A DNA stretch of 64,000 nt from a virus. The DNA is taken from the IMG/VR virus record IMGVR_UViG_3300044734_000006, positions 15,088 to 79,087 of that record; one strand, given 5' to 3'. Made by a program: the position numbers and the translations under genes. This document shows positions 48,209-59,300 of this stretch, piece by piece. Within the stretch, counting starts at the first letter, position 1; each line of letters starts with the position of its first letter. A model generated the notes under the pieces. That model searched no databases. It was given only the letters and a program-made list of their open reading frames with translations, and was not told the DNA's origin.

Positions 48209-49201
48209 ATGCAGCCAACCCCGAACAGCGTCTACGTCGATCCGCTGCTAAGCGATATGGCCGTCGCGTTCATGCAGGACGCGACATCATTCATCAGCGA
48301 TCAGGTCTTCCCGACCGTCCCGGTCCAGTACCAGACTGGCAAGTACGACTACTACGACCGCGGCGCGTGGTACAGCATCCGTGCCAAGCCGCGCGCTCCC
48401 GGAGAGGAATCGGCGGGTGGTGGGTACACCCTGCAGCAGAAGACCTACGCGGTCATCCCCTACGCGGTGCACTCCGACCTCGACGCGCAGACCGCAGCGA
48501 ACGCCATGCCGCCCGAGGACCCGCGACGGAACAAGACCCGCTGGTGCACCATGCAGTTGCTCCTGCTCAAGGAGAAGCTCTGGGCCGACGGGTTTTTCAA
48601 GGCGGGCGTGTGGACCACTGACATGACCGGCGTCACCGGAACGTCGCCTACCTCCGTGCAGTTCACGCAGTGGAGCAACCACACGTCCAGCACTCCGATT
48701 GAGGACGTCGAGGCCCAGGTCACGGCCATGGAGCAACTGACCGGCTTCTCGCCCAACACCTTGGTCATCGGGCGGTCGACGTGGGCGGGGCTGAAGAACC
48801 ACCCGCAGCTCGTCGATAGGATCAAGTACACGCAGCGCGGCATCATGACCGAGGATCTGCTCGCCGCGGTCCTGGGGCTGGACAAGGTGCTCGTCAGCAG
48901 GGCGACCATCGACACCGCTCCCGAGAGTGGCGCGTCGCCTCCCACGGGGGATGTGTACTCGTTTTTGATGGGCAAGGGCGCGCTGCTCTGCTACTCCGCT
49001 CCCTCGCCGTCCACCGAGATGCCAAGCGCTGGCTACCACTTCACGTGGACCGGGTATTTGGGTGCGAGCGCGAACGGCAGCGTGGTGTACGAGATCCCCG
49101 CGCCGCTTCGCAAGTCCGTGCGCATCGAGGGCGAGCTGGCCACGTCGCCGACCATCGTGGCTCCCGACCTCGGTACCTTCTTCGCCTCTGCGGTCGCGTA
49201 A
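48209..49201 (+). CDS. Major capsid protein (HK97 fold)
   Basis: VDPLLSDMAVAF, VFPTVPV, PNTLVIG..LKNHP, PSAGYHF; 330 aa; synteny. Confidence 0.9.
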   Translation: MQPTPNSVYVDPLLSDMAVAFMQDATSFISDQVFPTVPVQYQTGKYDYYDRGAWYSIRAKPRAPGEESAGGGYTLQQKTYAVIPYAVHSDLDAQTAANAMPPEDPRRNKTRWCTMQLLLLKEKLWADGFFKAGVWTTDMTGVTGTSPTSVQFTQWSNHTSSTPIEDVEAQVTAMEQLTGFSPNTLVIGRSTWAGLKNHPQLVDRIKYTQRGIMTEDLLAAVLGLDKVLVSRATIDTAPESGASPPTGDVYSFLMGKGALLCYSAPSPSTEMPSAGYHFTWTGYLGASANGSVVYEIPAPLRKSVRIEGELATSPTIVAPDLGTFFASAVA

Positions 49202-49779
49202 CAGTGCAGTACATCGTGAAGCGGCGCATCTCTGGGCTGTCTCACGCCGTTGGGGACGTGCTCAGCGATGCCGACGTCGGTGGGTGGAGCACGTTGAAGT
49301 CGCTCGTCAACCTCGGCTGGCTGGAGGCGGTGCAGACCTGTCCGCGGTGCGCATGGCCGTCTTCCGAGGCACCACCTGATCCGCCTGCACACACACCGCC
49401 GCCCCGCAAGGTTCCGGCGAAACTGGACATCGACCTCAGCCCGGTCGGGAGGCGGTAGGTGGCCGCAGGGTTGCAGATCACCGTAGGGCCGTCGGTCGTC
49501 AAGGTGACGGTCGACAGCGTCAAGTACACGCTGTCTGCTGGTTCCCCGGGGTACGTGCCACTCGAGCACCGCCAAGGTGCGGTCGACGCCGCTGCGGTCA
49601 AGGGAATCACACTGACGGCTGCCGTTATCTGATGGCCGTGTGATGTGCAGCCTGACCATCACCGCTGTGGCCGTCACCGTCTGCGTCGGGCTGGCGGTAT
49701 TCCGCGGTCCACGCTGGCTTCTCGTCGGAGCCGTCGTCGGAGTAGGCGGCTACACGATCAGCAGGAGAACCCGCGTTCC

Positions 49780-49935
49780 GTGATCCCGCTGCTCCTCGTT
49801 CTGCTGCTCATCGTTGTTCTGTTCGGCGCGGGGTCTGCTATGAACCTGCTGTACTGGGTGGCGATCATCGCGCTTGCGGTGTGGCTGGTCGGCTTTGCAA
49901 TGCACGGCCCGGATGGACGGTGGTACCGGTGGTGA
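49780..49935 (+). CDS. Small hydrophobic membrane protein
   Basis: IPLLLVLLLIVVLFGAG...GRWYRW. Confidence 0.7.
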   Translation: MIPLLLVLLLIVVLFGAGSAMNLLYWVAIIALAVWLVGFAMHGPDGRWYRW

Positions 49936-50134
49936 ATGCAGCCGCGCACTTCTGCAAGCGGTGTCATGTCGTGCATCTGGCGGCGCAGTGTCCGAGCGAT
50001 CTGTGGGACGCAGACGAGGCTGAGCGTAGGGACGTTGCTGTCGCCCGCTCCACCTTCACGCGGTGGGCGTCCGGATACCTCGCCAGCCTGTCCGGTCTCG
50101 CAGCGGCAGGCGTGAAACTCGGAAAGGAGCAGCC

Positions 50135-50545
50135 GTGACGGCCGAAGTTGGCAAGAAGTACCGCCTGCGGGAGCACGTCGGGTACATGCCGGATATCAAC
50201 CCGCACCACGACTATGAGAAGTATCTCGACCGGCACTATCCGCTGTTCGCAGGGCAGGAGGCCGAGGTGGTCGGTCTGAGCCCTGCAGGCGAGCACGGCG
50301 CGGGGCCGCACGACCAGGACACCGTGGTGCTGCGTCTCGAACACCGCACGCTAGTCGTGCCGCCGTCAACTCCGGCCGCAACTGCGCACGCCGCTGGACC
50401 ACCTGGACCGCTGCCCGAGGAGCATCAGGTGTTCCACCCCACCGAGCCGGAGCACGAGCCCACGGATCCGCCGACGGTGCGCCATTGGTCGTGCACGCTG
50501 GAGCAGCTTGACGAGTTGTTCGAGCCCATCGACGGGGAGGGATAG
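50135..50545 (+). CDS. Hypothetical virion-operon protein
   Basis: SD AAGGAG; GTGA overlap. Confidence 0.7.
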   Translation: MTAEVGKKYRLREHVGYMPDINPHHDYEKYLDRHYPLFAGQEAEVVGLSPAGEHGAGPHDQDTVVLRLEHRTLVVPPSTPAATAHAAGPPGPLPEEHQVFHPTEPEHEPTDPPTVRHWSCTLEQLDELFEPIDGEG

Positions 50546-50548
50546 GTC

Positions 50549-51226
50549 ATCGCTGGGGAATTTTCGCGCAACTCTAACTACCGCGGGCTCAACACTGCGC
50601 TGAGCATCGGCGGACCGTCCGGCGCCAACCTCGGCGACATCGTTGCGACCGTCACCACCGGCATCACCGCCGGTACGACAGCCACCACGTCGATCGTCTG
50701 CTCTGGCGGTCTGTCCCGCGCACTCCCGTCCGGCACGGTCATCATCTGCACGTCAACCACCGGCACGAACACCGAGGCGTACCTACTGAACGGTGCGCAC
50801 GCCGCCGCTGTGACGACGCTGACCGTAACCTCGCAGACCGCCAACCGCGCACGCGTGAGCGGTGATCTGGTGTGGGTCTTGCAGGTGCCGCAGCCGTATC
50901 TCGCGCTCATCACCAACGCCACGGCGCCGCTGGACAACGTGCTTGGCTCTGAGTACGCCGCAGTCGGTTACGCTCGCATGCCTGTGACTTGGAGCGCCCC
51001 AACCGCCGCCGATCCGCCCGTGACCGGCAATACTGCACTCATCACGTGGGGGCCGATGACGTCCAGCACCGGCGCGGTTCTCGCCAGCCTATCGTTGATG
51101 GAACTGGCTACCGCAGGCACGGCAGCGAACCAGATGGCATGGTGGACATTGGCTGCAACTAAGACCCCCGGGGTCGGCGACTCGGTCACGACGGCAATTC
51201 AGGGCGTGACGATGAGCCTCTTGTAG
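50549..51226 (+). CDS. Virion protein with probable non-canonical AUC start
   Basis: GGAGG 8 nt before ATC-GCT-GGG; open for 87 codons before the first GTG; YLALIT..GYARMPVTW. Confidence 0.7.
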   Translation: MAGEFSRNSNYRGLNTALSIGGPSGANLGDIVATVTTGITAGTTATTSIVCSGGLSRALPSGTVIICTSTTGTNTEAYLLNGAHAAAVTTLTVTSQTANRARVSGDLVWVLQVPQPYLALITNATAPLDNVLGSEYAAVGYARMPVTWSAPTAADPPVTGNTALITWGPMTSSTGAVLASLSLMELATAGTAANQMAWWTLAATKTPGVGDSVTTAIQGVTMSLL

Positions 51227-51475
51227 TGGCCAAGCATGGACCCAACATGCGGACGGTTGCCATGGACGTGATCGATGACGACGAGGCGGTGCGGACCGTC
51301 ATCGCGCTGGCGGACATGCTGAACGAAGGCTCGCGCGTCGTCCTGTTGCGACGGCCCGACCTTCCTGATGACGTGTGGAACGCCGTGTCTCCGGTGCTCA
51401 TGGCGAGGGCGAGTGCGGCGTTGCATGGCGCTCCGGTTGAGGCGCCTGCTCCCGAGTAACCCGGAGGGCTGACCC

Positions 51476-54373
51476 GTGGCGGCCCCAGTCCTCGTCCAGC
51501 ACGTCGGCGGTACGGCGGTCAGCGGCACGTCCGCGATCTACACCGTCACGGCCACCGGTCTTGCAGCAGGTACGGGGCTCGCCATCGTCATCGGCTGGCG
51601 CATCACCGCCGCCGCCAGTCAGACAATCACCTCGATCACGGACAACAAGGGCAACACGTGGGCAGTGGAGGACCGCGACAACGACGCCACGTCCACGCAG
51701 AAGGCCGATATCTGGTCGGTCAACCCCAGCGTCTACGTCAGCGGCGTCACGACCATCACGGTCAACTTCAGTATCGCGGCGTCGTCAAACTTCGACTTCT
51801 ACGAACTGAGCGGCGGCGACATGGGCGGGGCATGGGCCGACACTGGCGGCGCCAACCACGCCAGTAGCACGGCACCCACGGTCACCTCTGGCACGCTCGC
51901 TGGTGCAACGGAGTACGCCATCGCCGGCATCGCGTGGGCCTCCAGCGCCAACACCATCTCCGGGCTCACCGCTGGCTGGACGACGGAGACGCTACAGACC
52001 ACGGCAGGCGCGCCGAACCAGCGATTGCAGTCCGCGCATCAGACCACGGCCGCCACCACTGCGCTGACCTACGCGGGAACGCTCTCGGCCTCCACTCGCT
52101 GGGCTGCTGTCGTCTGTCCGTTCAAGGGCTCATCGGGGTCGGCGCTTCCCGTGACCGCAACTGGGTCGGCGGCCGCGTCCGGTACGGCAGCGGCGATCCT
52201 CATTATGCCGGTGGGGGGGACGGGGGCGTCCGCGAGTTCCGGGACGGCGGCGCCCAATCTGCTGCTGCCTGCTGCGGCGTCCGGTGCATCCGTGAGCAGC
52301 GGAAGTGCGTCGTCTGTCCTGAACATGCCCGTCAGCGCGAGCGGGACAGCGACTTCCGCCGGGACCGCAACACCCACGGCCACCTACGTTGTCGCGGCTA
52401 CGGGTGCGTCCGCAGCTTCGGGGACCACAACTGCACGGCTCACGATGCCGGTGTCAGCGAGCGGCGCGTCTGTGACAAGTGGCACGGCTGCGATCACGTC
52501 TGGCCAGCCACCGGCCCAGGTGCAGAACGTCGTGCGCGTCAGCACCGTCAACAACGAGACGACGACGGGCAGCATCGCCGTCACCTCCACTCAGGCCGGG
52601 AACCTGCTGCTCATCAGCGTGGTGTTCAACTCGCTCACCTCTGGCCAGAGCGTCACCGCGGTGTTCGACAGCGCGGGGCAGACATGGACGAACGTCGTGG
52701 ACATCACGTCCGGCACGATGAGTTGCGGTATCTGGGCCGCGACGAACTGCCTTGCAGGGACGACGACGGTCACGGTCAACTACTCCGCGGGCGTCGCCGA
52801 CATCGTCCGGTTTCAGGAGGTGTCCGGCGTCCTCGCAAGTTCTCCGCTCGACGTGGTGGCGAGCAACAACGGGACGAGCACGACGCCGAACACCGGCACG
52901 ACGGCAACCACCGCGCAGGGCTCGGAGTGGATCGCGGCCGTCTACGGGTTCACGTACACCGGCAGTATCCCCACGGAGAGCGGGTTCCCGTCAGGGTTTA
53001 TCGAGGACACGGTCCAGCACACTGCGTTCGGCTCTGGCACGCAACTCGCGGAGCGTCATGGGTACGAGGCGGTTACCTCTACCGCGACGTTCAACTTCTC
53101 ATCCACGCTCAGCACGTCGTCGCCGTGGATCGGCAGTATCGCAACGTTCCGGGCTGCTGCGGCTGGCGGACCTCTCCCCGTAACGGCGTCGGGCTCCGCT
53201 GTGAGCTCTGGATCTGCCGCGGCGGTGCTCTCTCAGCCCGTGTCGGCCGTGGGTTCATCGCCTGCCGCAGGAACCGCCGCGGTCGGAGTGGTCACGGGGA
53301 TCTCCGCTGCGGGTGCTTCCGCGGCCGTGGGATCGGCGAGCGCTGCCCTGACCATGCCGGCGAGCGCGTCTGGCTCATCTGTAGCGACCGGATCCGCGAC
53401 CGTGGCGCTGACCCTCGCTGTGAGTGCGTCTGGCGGTGCGGTGTGCGTCGGGACTGCGGCCCCGGCGGTGTCCATGCTGGCTTCGGGCGCGGGAACGTCG
53501 GTGGCGGGCGGGTCGGCGTCTGCTGGTCTGTCCATGCCAACCACCGCGGTAGGTGTGTCATCAGCCAGCGGTAGCGCGGCCGTGGTGGTGCTCGAGGCGG
53601 TTGCGGCTGGTGGCGCGGCCGGCGCGGCAGGGGCGGCTGCGGTCGTCTTGCTTATGCCCATCTCCGCGGCAGGGGCGAGCGCTGCATCGGGGTTGGCGCT
53701 GGTGTCGTCGGGATCTATCTCTGCCGGTGGCGCGGCCGTATCGTCGGGCTCAGCCACAGTGGCGTTGCGTCTCGTGGTGACCGCGTCCGGGGCCTCTGCG
53801 ACGGCCGGGAGCGCCACCGTGGCGGTGCTGGTGCCATTGTCCGCTGTCGGGGCGTCATCTGCCGTAGGGACGGCGTCTGCGGGCCTCACGATGCTGCTGG
53901 TGGGGATCGGCGCGTCGTCGTCTGGCGGGGCGGCCAGCGTGGTCGTACTGCTGGCGGTCTCCGGGGCAGGGTCAGCGGTGACGAGCGGAGCGGGCGCGCT
54001 TGTCCTGCTCCTACCGGCGACCGGTGTGGCCTCTGCGGTCGCATCCGGCACGGCCACGGCCCGCAGCGTGGAGACGGTCTCGGCTGCCGGTGCGGCGACA
54101 GCGACCGGGGTGGCGACCATCGCGCTGCTCCTGCCCGTGGCGGCATCTGGCGCCGCGCAGGCCACTGGATCCGCAGCGCTCGCCATCCTGCTGCCGCTGA
54201 GTGTCGCTGGTACGTCTCATGCGTCCGGTTCTGCCGCCGTCCTACTCCTCACGTCAGCCAGCGGAGCAGCGGTCAGTGCGGGCTCGGCGACGCTGGTCCT
54301 CATCCTGCGCATCCCGTATCTGGTCGTCTACGGGACGGCCAGGACACCTGTGGTGGTCGGATCAGCGTCCTGA
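51476..54373 (+). CDS. Fibre-like virion protein: two beta-domains plus 20-aa A/S/G/T/V repeats
   Basis: Repeat PVSASGASxxSGTAxxxLxM; duplicated domain (ITDNKGNTW / VFDSAGQTW). Confidence 0.8.
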   Translation: MAAPVLVQHVGGTAVSGTSAIYTVTATGLAAGTGLAIVIGWRITAAASQTITSITDNKGNTWAVEDRDNDATSTQKADIWSVNPSVYVSGVTTITVNFSIAASSNFDFYELSGGDMGGAWADTGGANHASSTAPTVTSGTLAGATEYAIAGIAWASSANTISGLTAGWTTETLQTTAGAPNQRLQSAHQTTAATTALTYAGTLSASTRWAAVVCPFKGSSGSALPVTATGSAAASGTAAAILIMPVGGTGASASSGTAAPNLLLPAAASGASVSSGSASSVLNMPVSASGTATSAGTATPTATYVVAATGASAASGTTTARLTMPVSASGASVTSGTAAITSGQPPAQVQNVVRVSTVNNETTTGSIAVTSTQAGNLLLISVVFNSLTSGQSVTAVFDSAGQTWTNVVDITSGTMSCGIWAATNCLAGTTTVTVNYSAGVADIVRFQEVSGVLASSPLDVVASNNGTSTTPNTGTTATTAQGSEWIAAVYGFTYTGSIPTESGFPSGFIEDTVQHTAFGSGTQLAERHGYEAVTSTATFNFSSTLSTSSPWIGSIATFRAAAAGGPLPVTASGSAVSSGSAAAVLSQPVSAVGSSPAAGTAAVGVVTGISAAGASAAVGSASAALTMPASASGSSVATGSATVALTLAVSASGGAVCVGTAAPAVSMLASGAGTSVAGGSASAGLSMPTTAVGVSSASGSAAVVVLEAVAAGGAAGAAGAAAVVLLMPISAAGASAASGLALVSSGSISAGGAAVSSGSATVALRLVVTASGASATAGSATVAVLVPLSAVGASSAVGTASAGLTMLLVGIGASSSGGAASVVVLLAVSGAGSAVTSGAGALVLLLPATGVASAVASGTATARSVETVSAAGAATATGVATIALLLPVAASGAAQATGSAALAILLPLSVAGTSHASGSAAVLLLTSASGAAVSAGSATLVLILRIPYLVVYGTARTPVVVGSAS

Positions 54374-54395
54374 GTATCCAGTCTGGAGACTCGGG

Positions 54396-55049
54396 CTAGG
54401 CGGCTGCCTTGCGGTTTAGGTTGGCCATGAGGTGCGTACCGATCAACTCTGTATATGCAGGAGGTATCGCCTCCTTGAGCTCGTCCCATGTCATCCAGTC
54501 GATGCCCATGGCCTCGCGCCCCTCAGCCAATGTCCGCGCCGTCGTTCCGCCGTGCGGAACATGGTCGCCCATCCGATGGTAGACGCCAATCGGGCGCCCT
54601 TGGAGGGAGTGCAGGCACGGTGGCGACAGGGTGAGGAAATTGCTCTCGAAGATCCGGTGACGGCGCACACCAAGACCGAACGCTGAGCCACACAGGATGA
54701 TGCCATCGACGGGGGCGCCTTCGACATTCTCGATGACGTAGGGGAGGCCAGATGCCTGCAGTCGAGCACGGATCGGAGCCACTACGTTGCGAGACGATGC
54801 CGTCCCACCCTGTGCGTCCCTGAGACGACCCGCGCGGGAGAAGCCTTGACACGGAGGGCTGGCGTGGACTGCGTCGAAGCCGTCCAGTGGGAACGTCAGC
54901 GCATCGCCTCGGATGAACTCGTCGCCTGCGTAGTTAGGCTGAGGCTCAATGTCTACACCCACGACGTAGAAACCTGCCAATTGATACCCGCGAGCCGCCC
55001 CGCCAGCCTTGCAGCAGAGATCCAGTAGACGGGGTTTGGTTGGACGCAC
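54396..55049 (-). CDS. DNA (cytosine-5)-methyltransferase moron
   Basis: LDLCCKAGG, ASPPCQ, VIENV, RRHRIFE, EAIPP; GTG 6 nt after TAGACT. Confidence 0.9.
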   Translation of the reverse strand: MRPTKPRLLDLCCKAGGAARGYQLAGFYVVGVDIEPQPNYAGDEFIRGDALTFPLDGFDAVHASPPCQGFSRAGRLRDAQGGTASSRNVVAPIRARLQASGLPYVIENVEGAPVDGIILCGSAFGLGVRRHRIFESNFLTLSPPCLHSLQGRPIGVYHRMGDHVPHGGTTARTLAEGREAMGIDWMTWDELKEAIPPAYTELIGTHLMANLNRKAAA

Positions 55050-55116
55050 GTCTACAGTCTAACGGTTCGCGCGACCACACACGGGCAACCACCCGCACGC
55101 CGTGATCCTGCGCTGA

Positions 55117-55464
55117 GTGAGCCGACTCAAGCTGAACAACGTTGGCGGAAATACGGGCGCGTCGCTCGGCTCGTCGTCGTCGGGCACGTCGCAGGCGATC
55201 ACCGGACTCTTCGCGGTCGCCCCTGCCTTCGCCACCATCGTCGCGCCCGACTACTACGTGGTGATCTTCGAGCCGAACACGGCCGCCGAGGAGATCACGT
55301 ACCTGACCGTGTATTCAACCGGCGCGCCGCTCGACGCAACCATCACTCGTGGGCAAGAGGGGACGGGGGCACCAGCGCATGCACTGGGGGTCTCATGGAC
55401 ACACGGACCGACCGCGCAGGACTTCGCTCCGACGTACAAGCCCGCGGCGTTTTTCCTTTCGTGA
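55117..55464 (+). CDS. Small virion protein
   Basis: TITRGQEGTGAPAH motif, echoed in 56375-59821 (ITARGANATTAVTH). Confidence 0.7.
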   Translation: MSRLKLNNVGGNTGASLGSSSSGTSQAITGLFAVAPAFATIVAPDYYVVIFEPNTAAEEITYLTVYSTGAPLDATITRGQEGTGAPAHALGVSWTHGPTAQDFAPTYKPAAFFLS

Positions 55465-56183
55465 TGGCGCTCTCGCGTCTGCTCCTGCTGCTCGGGCTGG
55501 TCACGCTGATCGGCGGGTGCGGAGGCAGTACGTTCGCCGCCGGGATCGTGCCTGCGTCCACGGGGCACGTCGTCGCTCTCGGCGACAGCCTGACGTACGG
55601 CCACGGCAACGGCGTCACCGATCAGTGGTTCGGCCCACCACAGCCGCACTCCTACCCGTGGGACATGGAAGCCGACCTCGGCATGCCCGTGGTCAACGCC
55701 GGGATCACCGGGACGACGGCGTACTCTGTCCTGCATCCGGAGACCCTACCCTGCTGCCCACGGCCGGTGGAGTATCAGCTTCCCGCCCTGCTCGCACAGC
55801 ATCCGCGCCTGATCGTAGTCGGCTTTGGCACTAACGAGGCGAACTACCGCCACCCGATCGCGCAGACAGTCGCTGACTTCCAACTCCTGCTCTACCAGAT
55901 CGCGAACGCAGGCGTGCCCATCGTTCTGTTCGGCGTCCACGTCGACTGCACCGTCCAGCCATGCACGCCACCCGGTCCGGGAGAGACAGCGCAGGTGTAT
56001 ACGACAGCGTGGGACCAGGCGCTGACCTCGCTCGCAGCGCAGTACCACGCGGGGCTGGTGCTTGACATCCAGCACGGGTTCACCTCGGCCGACATGACGG
56101 ACTGGATTCACTGCAACGCGCAGGGCTATCAGAAGATGGCGAACCAGATCGAACCGGCTGTGCGGTCGAAGTTGGGCATCTAG
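55464..56183 (+). CDS. SGNH/GDSL hydrolase, probable lipoprotein
   Basis: LIGGC lipobox-like; LGDSLT, NAGITG, FGTNE, DWIH. Confidence 0.88.
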   Translation: MALSRLLLLLGLVTLIGGCGGSTFAAGIVPASTGHVVALGDSLTYGHGNGVTDQWFGPPQPHSYPWDMEADLGMPVVNAGITGTTAYSVLHPETLPCCPRPVEYQLPALLAQHPRLIVVGFGTNEANYRHPIAQTVADFQLLLYQIANAGVPIVLFGVHVDCTVQPCTPPGPGETAQVYTTAWDQALTSLAAQYHAGLVLDIQHGFTSADMTDWIHCNAQGYQKMANQIEPAVRSKLGI

Positions 56184-56374
56184 TTGGTGATCTGGAGCGA
56201 TGCCGTGCACTGGCCATGGCGTACCGGGACGAGCGTTCACCGGACAATCTACGGCTGTCCGCCCGGATCGACCCACCGCAGTGGCGAGGTGCTGATCGGC
56301 ATGATGGACACGCCCGATCTCGCCCGCGAGGCTGTCGACGCTCACAACGAACGTCTCGCGTCGGGCAGGCTGCC

Positions 56375-59300
56375 GTGATCACACTCGCCGCTACCAACAC
56401 GATTCAGGGTAGTGCGGGAACCGCTACGGCGGTCACGTACACGATCACGGGGATGACGCTGTCCAGCCTGAACGCCGAAACTTACGCGGTCCTTGCGCAA
56501 GGCCAACTCGCAACGTCCGCCGCTGCGCTCTACACCGTACCCGCGAGCACATCGGCGCTCGTCAAGGAAATCCTGCTCGCCAACGTCACGGCCGCAGCCG
56601 TATCGGTCAAGCTGTTCATCAACGGCACCGCGGCGGCGAACCAGATCACCAGCCTGAACATTCCGGCCAACGGTGAGGCGAAGTTCGATCACACGGGCTG
56701 GGGCGTGTACGACAGCAACGGCAGCCTGCTGACCACGACGCTCTACGCGGTCCCAGCGGCAGGGTCGTTCCCCGAGGCGTCGGTCGCCAACCTCGGCATG
56801 GATCTGACCGTGCTGACCGCGGCCATCGCGGACAACGGTGTGGATTCTGGCTGCGCGGTGACGTGGGTGTCGGGCCTGAACGTTGCCATCGCCGCAGGCA
56901 TCGTGCGCATCGGCGGCGGGCGGTACAACATCGCAGCCGTCGCATCACAGGCACTGAACACCGCCGATCCGAACTACGCGCGCTGGGACATGATCACCGC
57001 GAACACCTCGTCCGCCGTGGTCTACACCGCAGGCACCGCGGCAGCATATCCGGTCGTCCCGGCAATCCCCGCGAACTCCGTCGTGCTGGCGATCATTCCC
57101 GTCTACGCTGGCAACAACCCGGCGCTGTCGGGCGCAGCGATCGTGGACAAGCGCATCATCCTGCCGTCCACCAACCTCAATCTGCCGCCGGTGTTCGACC
57201 CGTCCGGTGGGTTGAAGACATGGCGCGCGGCGGTGGCGAACAAGGAAAACAAGCCCGCGGACATCCTGTTCATCGGCGACAGCATCCACGAGGGCTACTA
57301 CAGCAGCGACGACGCGCACCGGTACGCCTCGCTCGTCAGACGCAGGCTACAGAACTACTACAACCCCACGCACATCCCCGGCGGCGAGGGCTTCATCCCC
57401 GGGACACACGTGCAGGGTTCGGGCGCGGGCAACGGGTACATCGCACTCGCACAGCGGTGGACGGTCGTCGGACCAACCCTACCTCCGACCGATCTGGGTT
57501 ACGGGTTGGGGCGGCGGTCTGTTCCGCTCACCGCCGCAACGCACACTGCGACCATCGGCGGGCTGCTCGCGGACCGGTTCTGGATCTACTACACCGCGAC
57601 AACGACGTCAGGCTGGATCGGCATCGCCATCGACGGCAAACTGACCACGGTGGCGACGCAGGGCGTTCTGTCCGGCACCGGTACGGGCACGTTCACGACG
57701 ACACTCGCGACGGGATGGCCGGGTGGCACGTTCACGCTCACCGTGGACGACGAGGACATGACCGTCACGGCGAACGGCGCCACCATCACGATCACCGCTC
57801 GAGGCGCCAATGCCACCACCGCGGTGACGCATGCCGTTGGTGCCACGGCGCAGTGGGCTCCCGCGGGTGTGAAGCGCGCCAACACCCTCGGCGCCGCGAT
57901 CAAGGGAGGGCGCATGTGGGATTCCGGTGCGCTGACCCGCGGCATTCACTCCGTGACCGTCGTGCCGATCAACCGTGCCGGAGGCGGGTCCACCTACAAC
58001 GTCAACCTCGACGGCGTCATGGTGTTCGACGGGGATGGCGGGCCGGGGCCGGGGACGTTCACTGATGGCGTCCTCGTCGGCACCACCACCACAGGCGTTC
58101 AGACGCTCCCCATATCGACCATCAACGTCACTTCCACGACGAACTTCCCCGCGTCTGGCCAGGTGAACATCGTGACCTCGTCGGGGGCGCAGACCGTCAC
58201 CTATGCGGGCGTCACCGCCAACACGCTGACAGGGTGCTCGAACGGCGTCGGCAACACCTCGGCTGGCGGGGCCGTCACATCCCAGACATTCCAGAGCGCC
58301 ACGGCAGCCTTCACCGCGGCCGACGTCGGGCAGTACATCTACGCGGTCGGCATCCCCGTGCACACGACGATCACCGCCGTTGTGAGCGCGACGCAGATCA
58401 CGCTGTTGCAGCCGGGGACGATCACCAGCTCGGGCATCACCTTCGAGATCAACGGACGATCCGCAGGAGTGCGCATGTGGGATGGCGCGCACTCGACCAT
58501 GACATCAGCGGGCATGGCTGGTCCGGCGGGTGCGATCAACGGGTGGTGGGCTGACGCGCTCGACACAGTGGACCCTGACCTTGTGGTGATCGAGTTTGGC
58601 ATCGTGGACTTGATTCTGGCCGTGACGGGCGCAACCTACTACGCGAACCTCACGTCGATGGTCAGCCTCATCAAGTCGAAGTGTCCCGGCAACCCGTCCA
58701 TCTGCTTCTTCGTCGCGTGGCAGCCCGGTGACTACACGGCGGCGCAGTGGGCGGTGTTCACCAACGCGATGTACCTCGTGGCCCAGCAGAACGGCTGCGC
58801 GGTGTTCGACTTCTCGCTCAGAGTCTCTGCTGCTGCGGCGTCCGGCTCTGGCTCCGTGATGTTCACCGACACCATCCACCCGAACGATGCTGGTGCGCAG
58901 GACATTGCGCTTGAGTTCACCAAGTACCTCGTCGGGCATGAACTCGTGCAGCCGATCAAGAGCCCGTGGTTCGGTGATGGCTCGGACGGCGCTGTGGTAT
59001 TCGATGGCACGACGACGATCCTCGGCATGGCCCCCTCGTCGTCGGTGTACACCTTGACCCGCGATCTGTTCGTCACCAACATGCAGGTCAACAACGGCGT
59101 CACGATCAAGACGGCTGGGTTCCGTATTTATGGGACCGGCACGCTGATGACGCCGATACAGGCTGTCGCGTCCACGGGGATCATCGACTGCTCGGGCGGT
59201 AACGCAGCAGGACAGACGGCCGGGGCGGCGACTGCGAACCAGTCGCTCTCGGGCAGCGTTGGTGGCGGCGCGGGGGGAGCGATCGGCGGTGCGGGTGTGG

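Noticed and set aside
6341-54390. GTATCCA repeats or the 36-bp duplicate as a CRISPR array or att sites
   Set aside because: Dispersed with no regular spacers; the 36-mer is explained as a promoter/operator; no integrase in the window.
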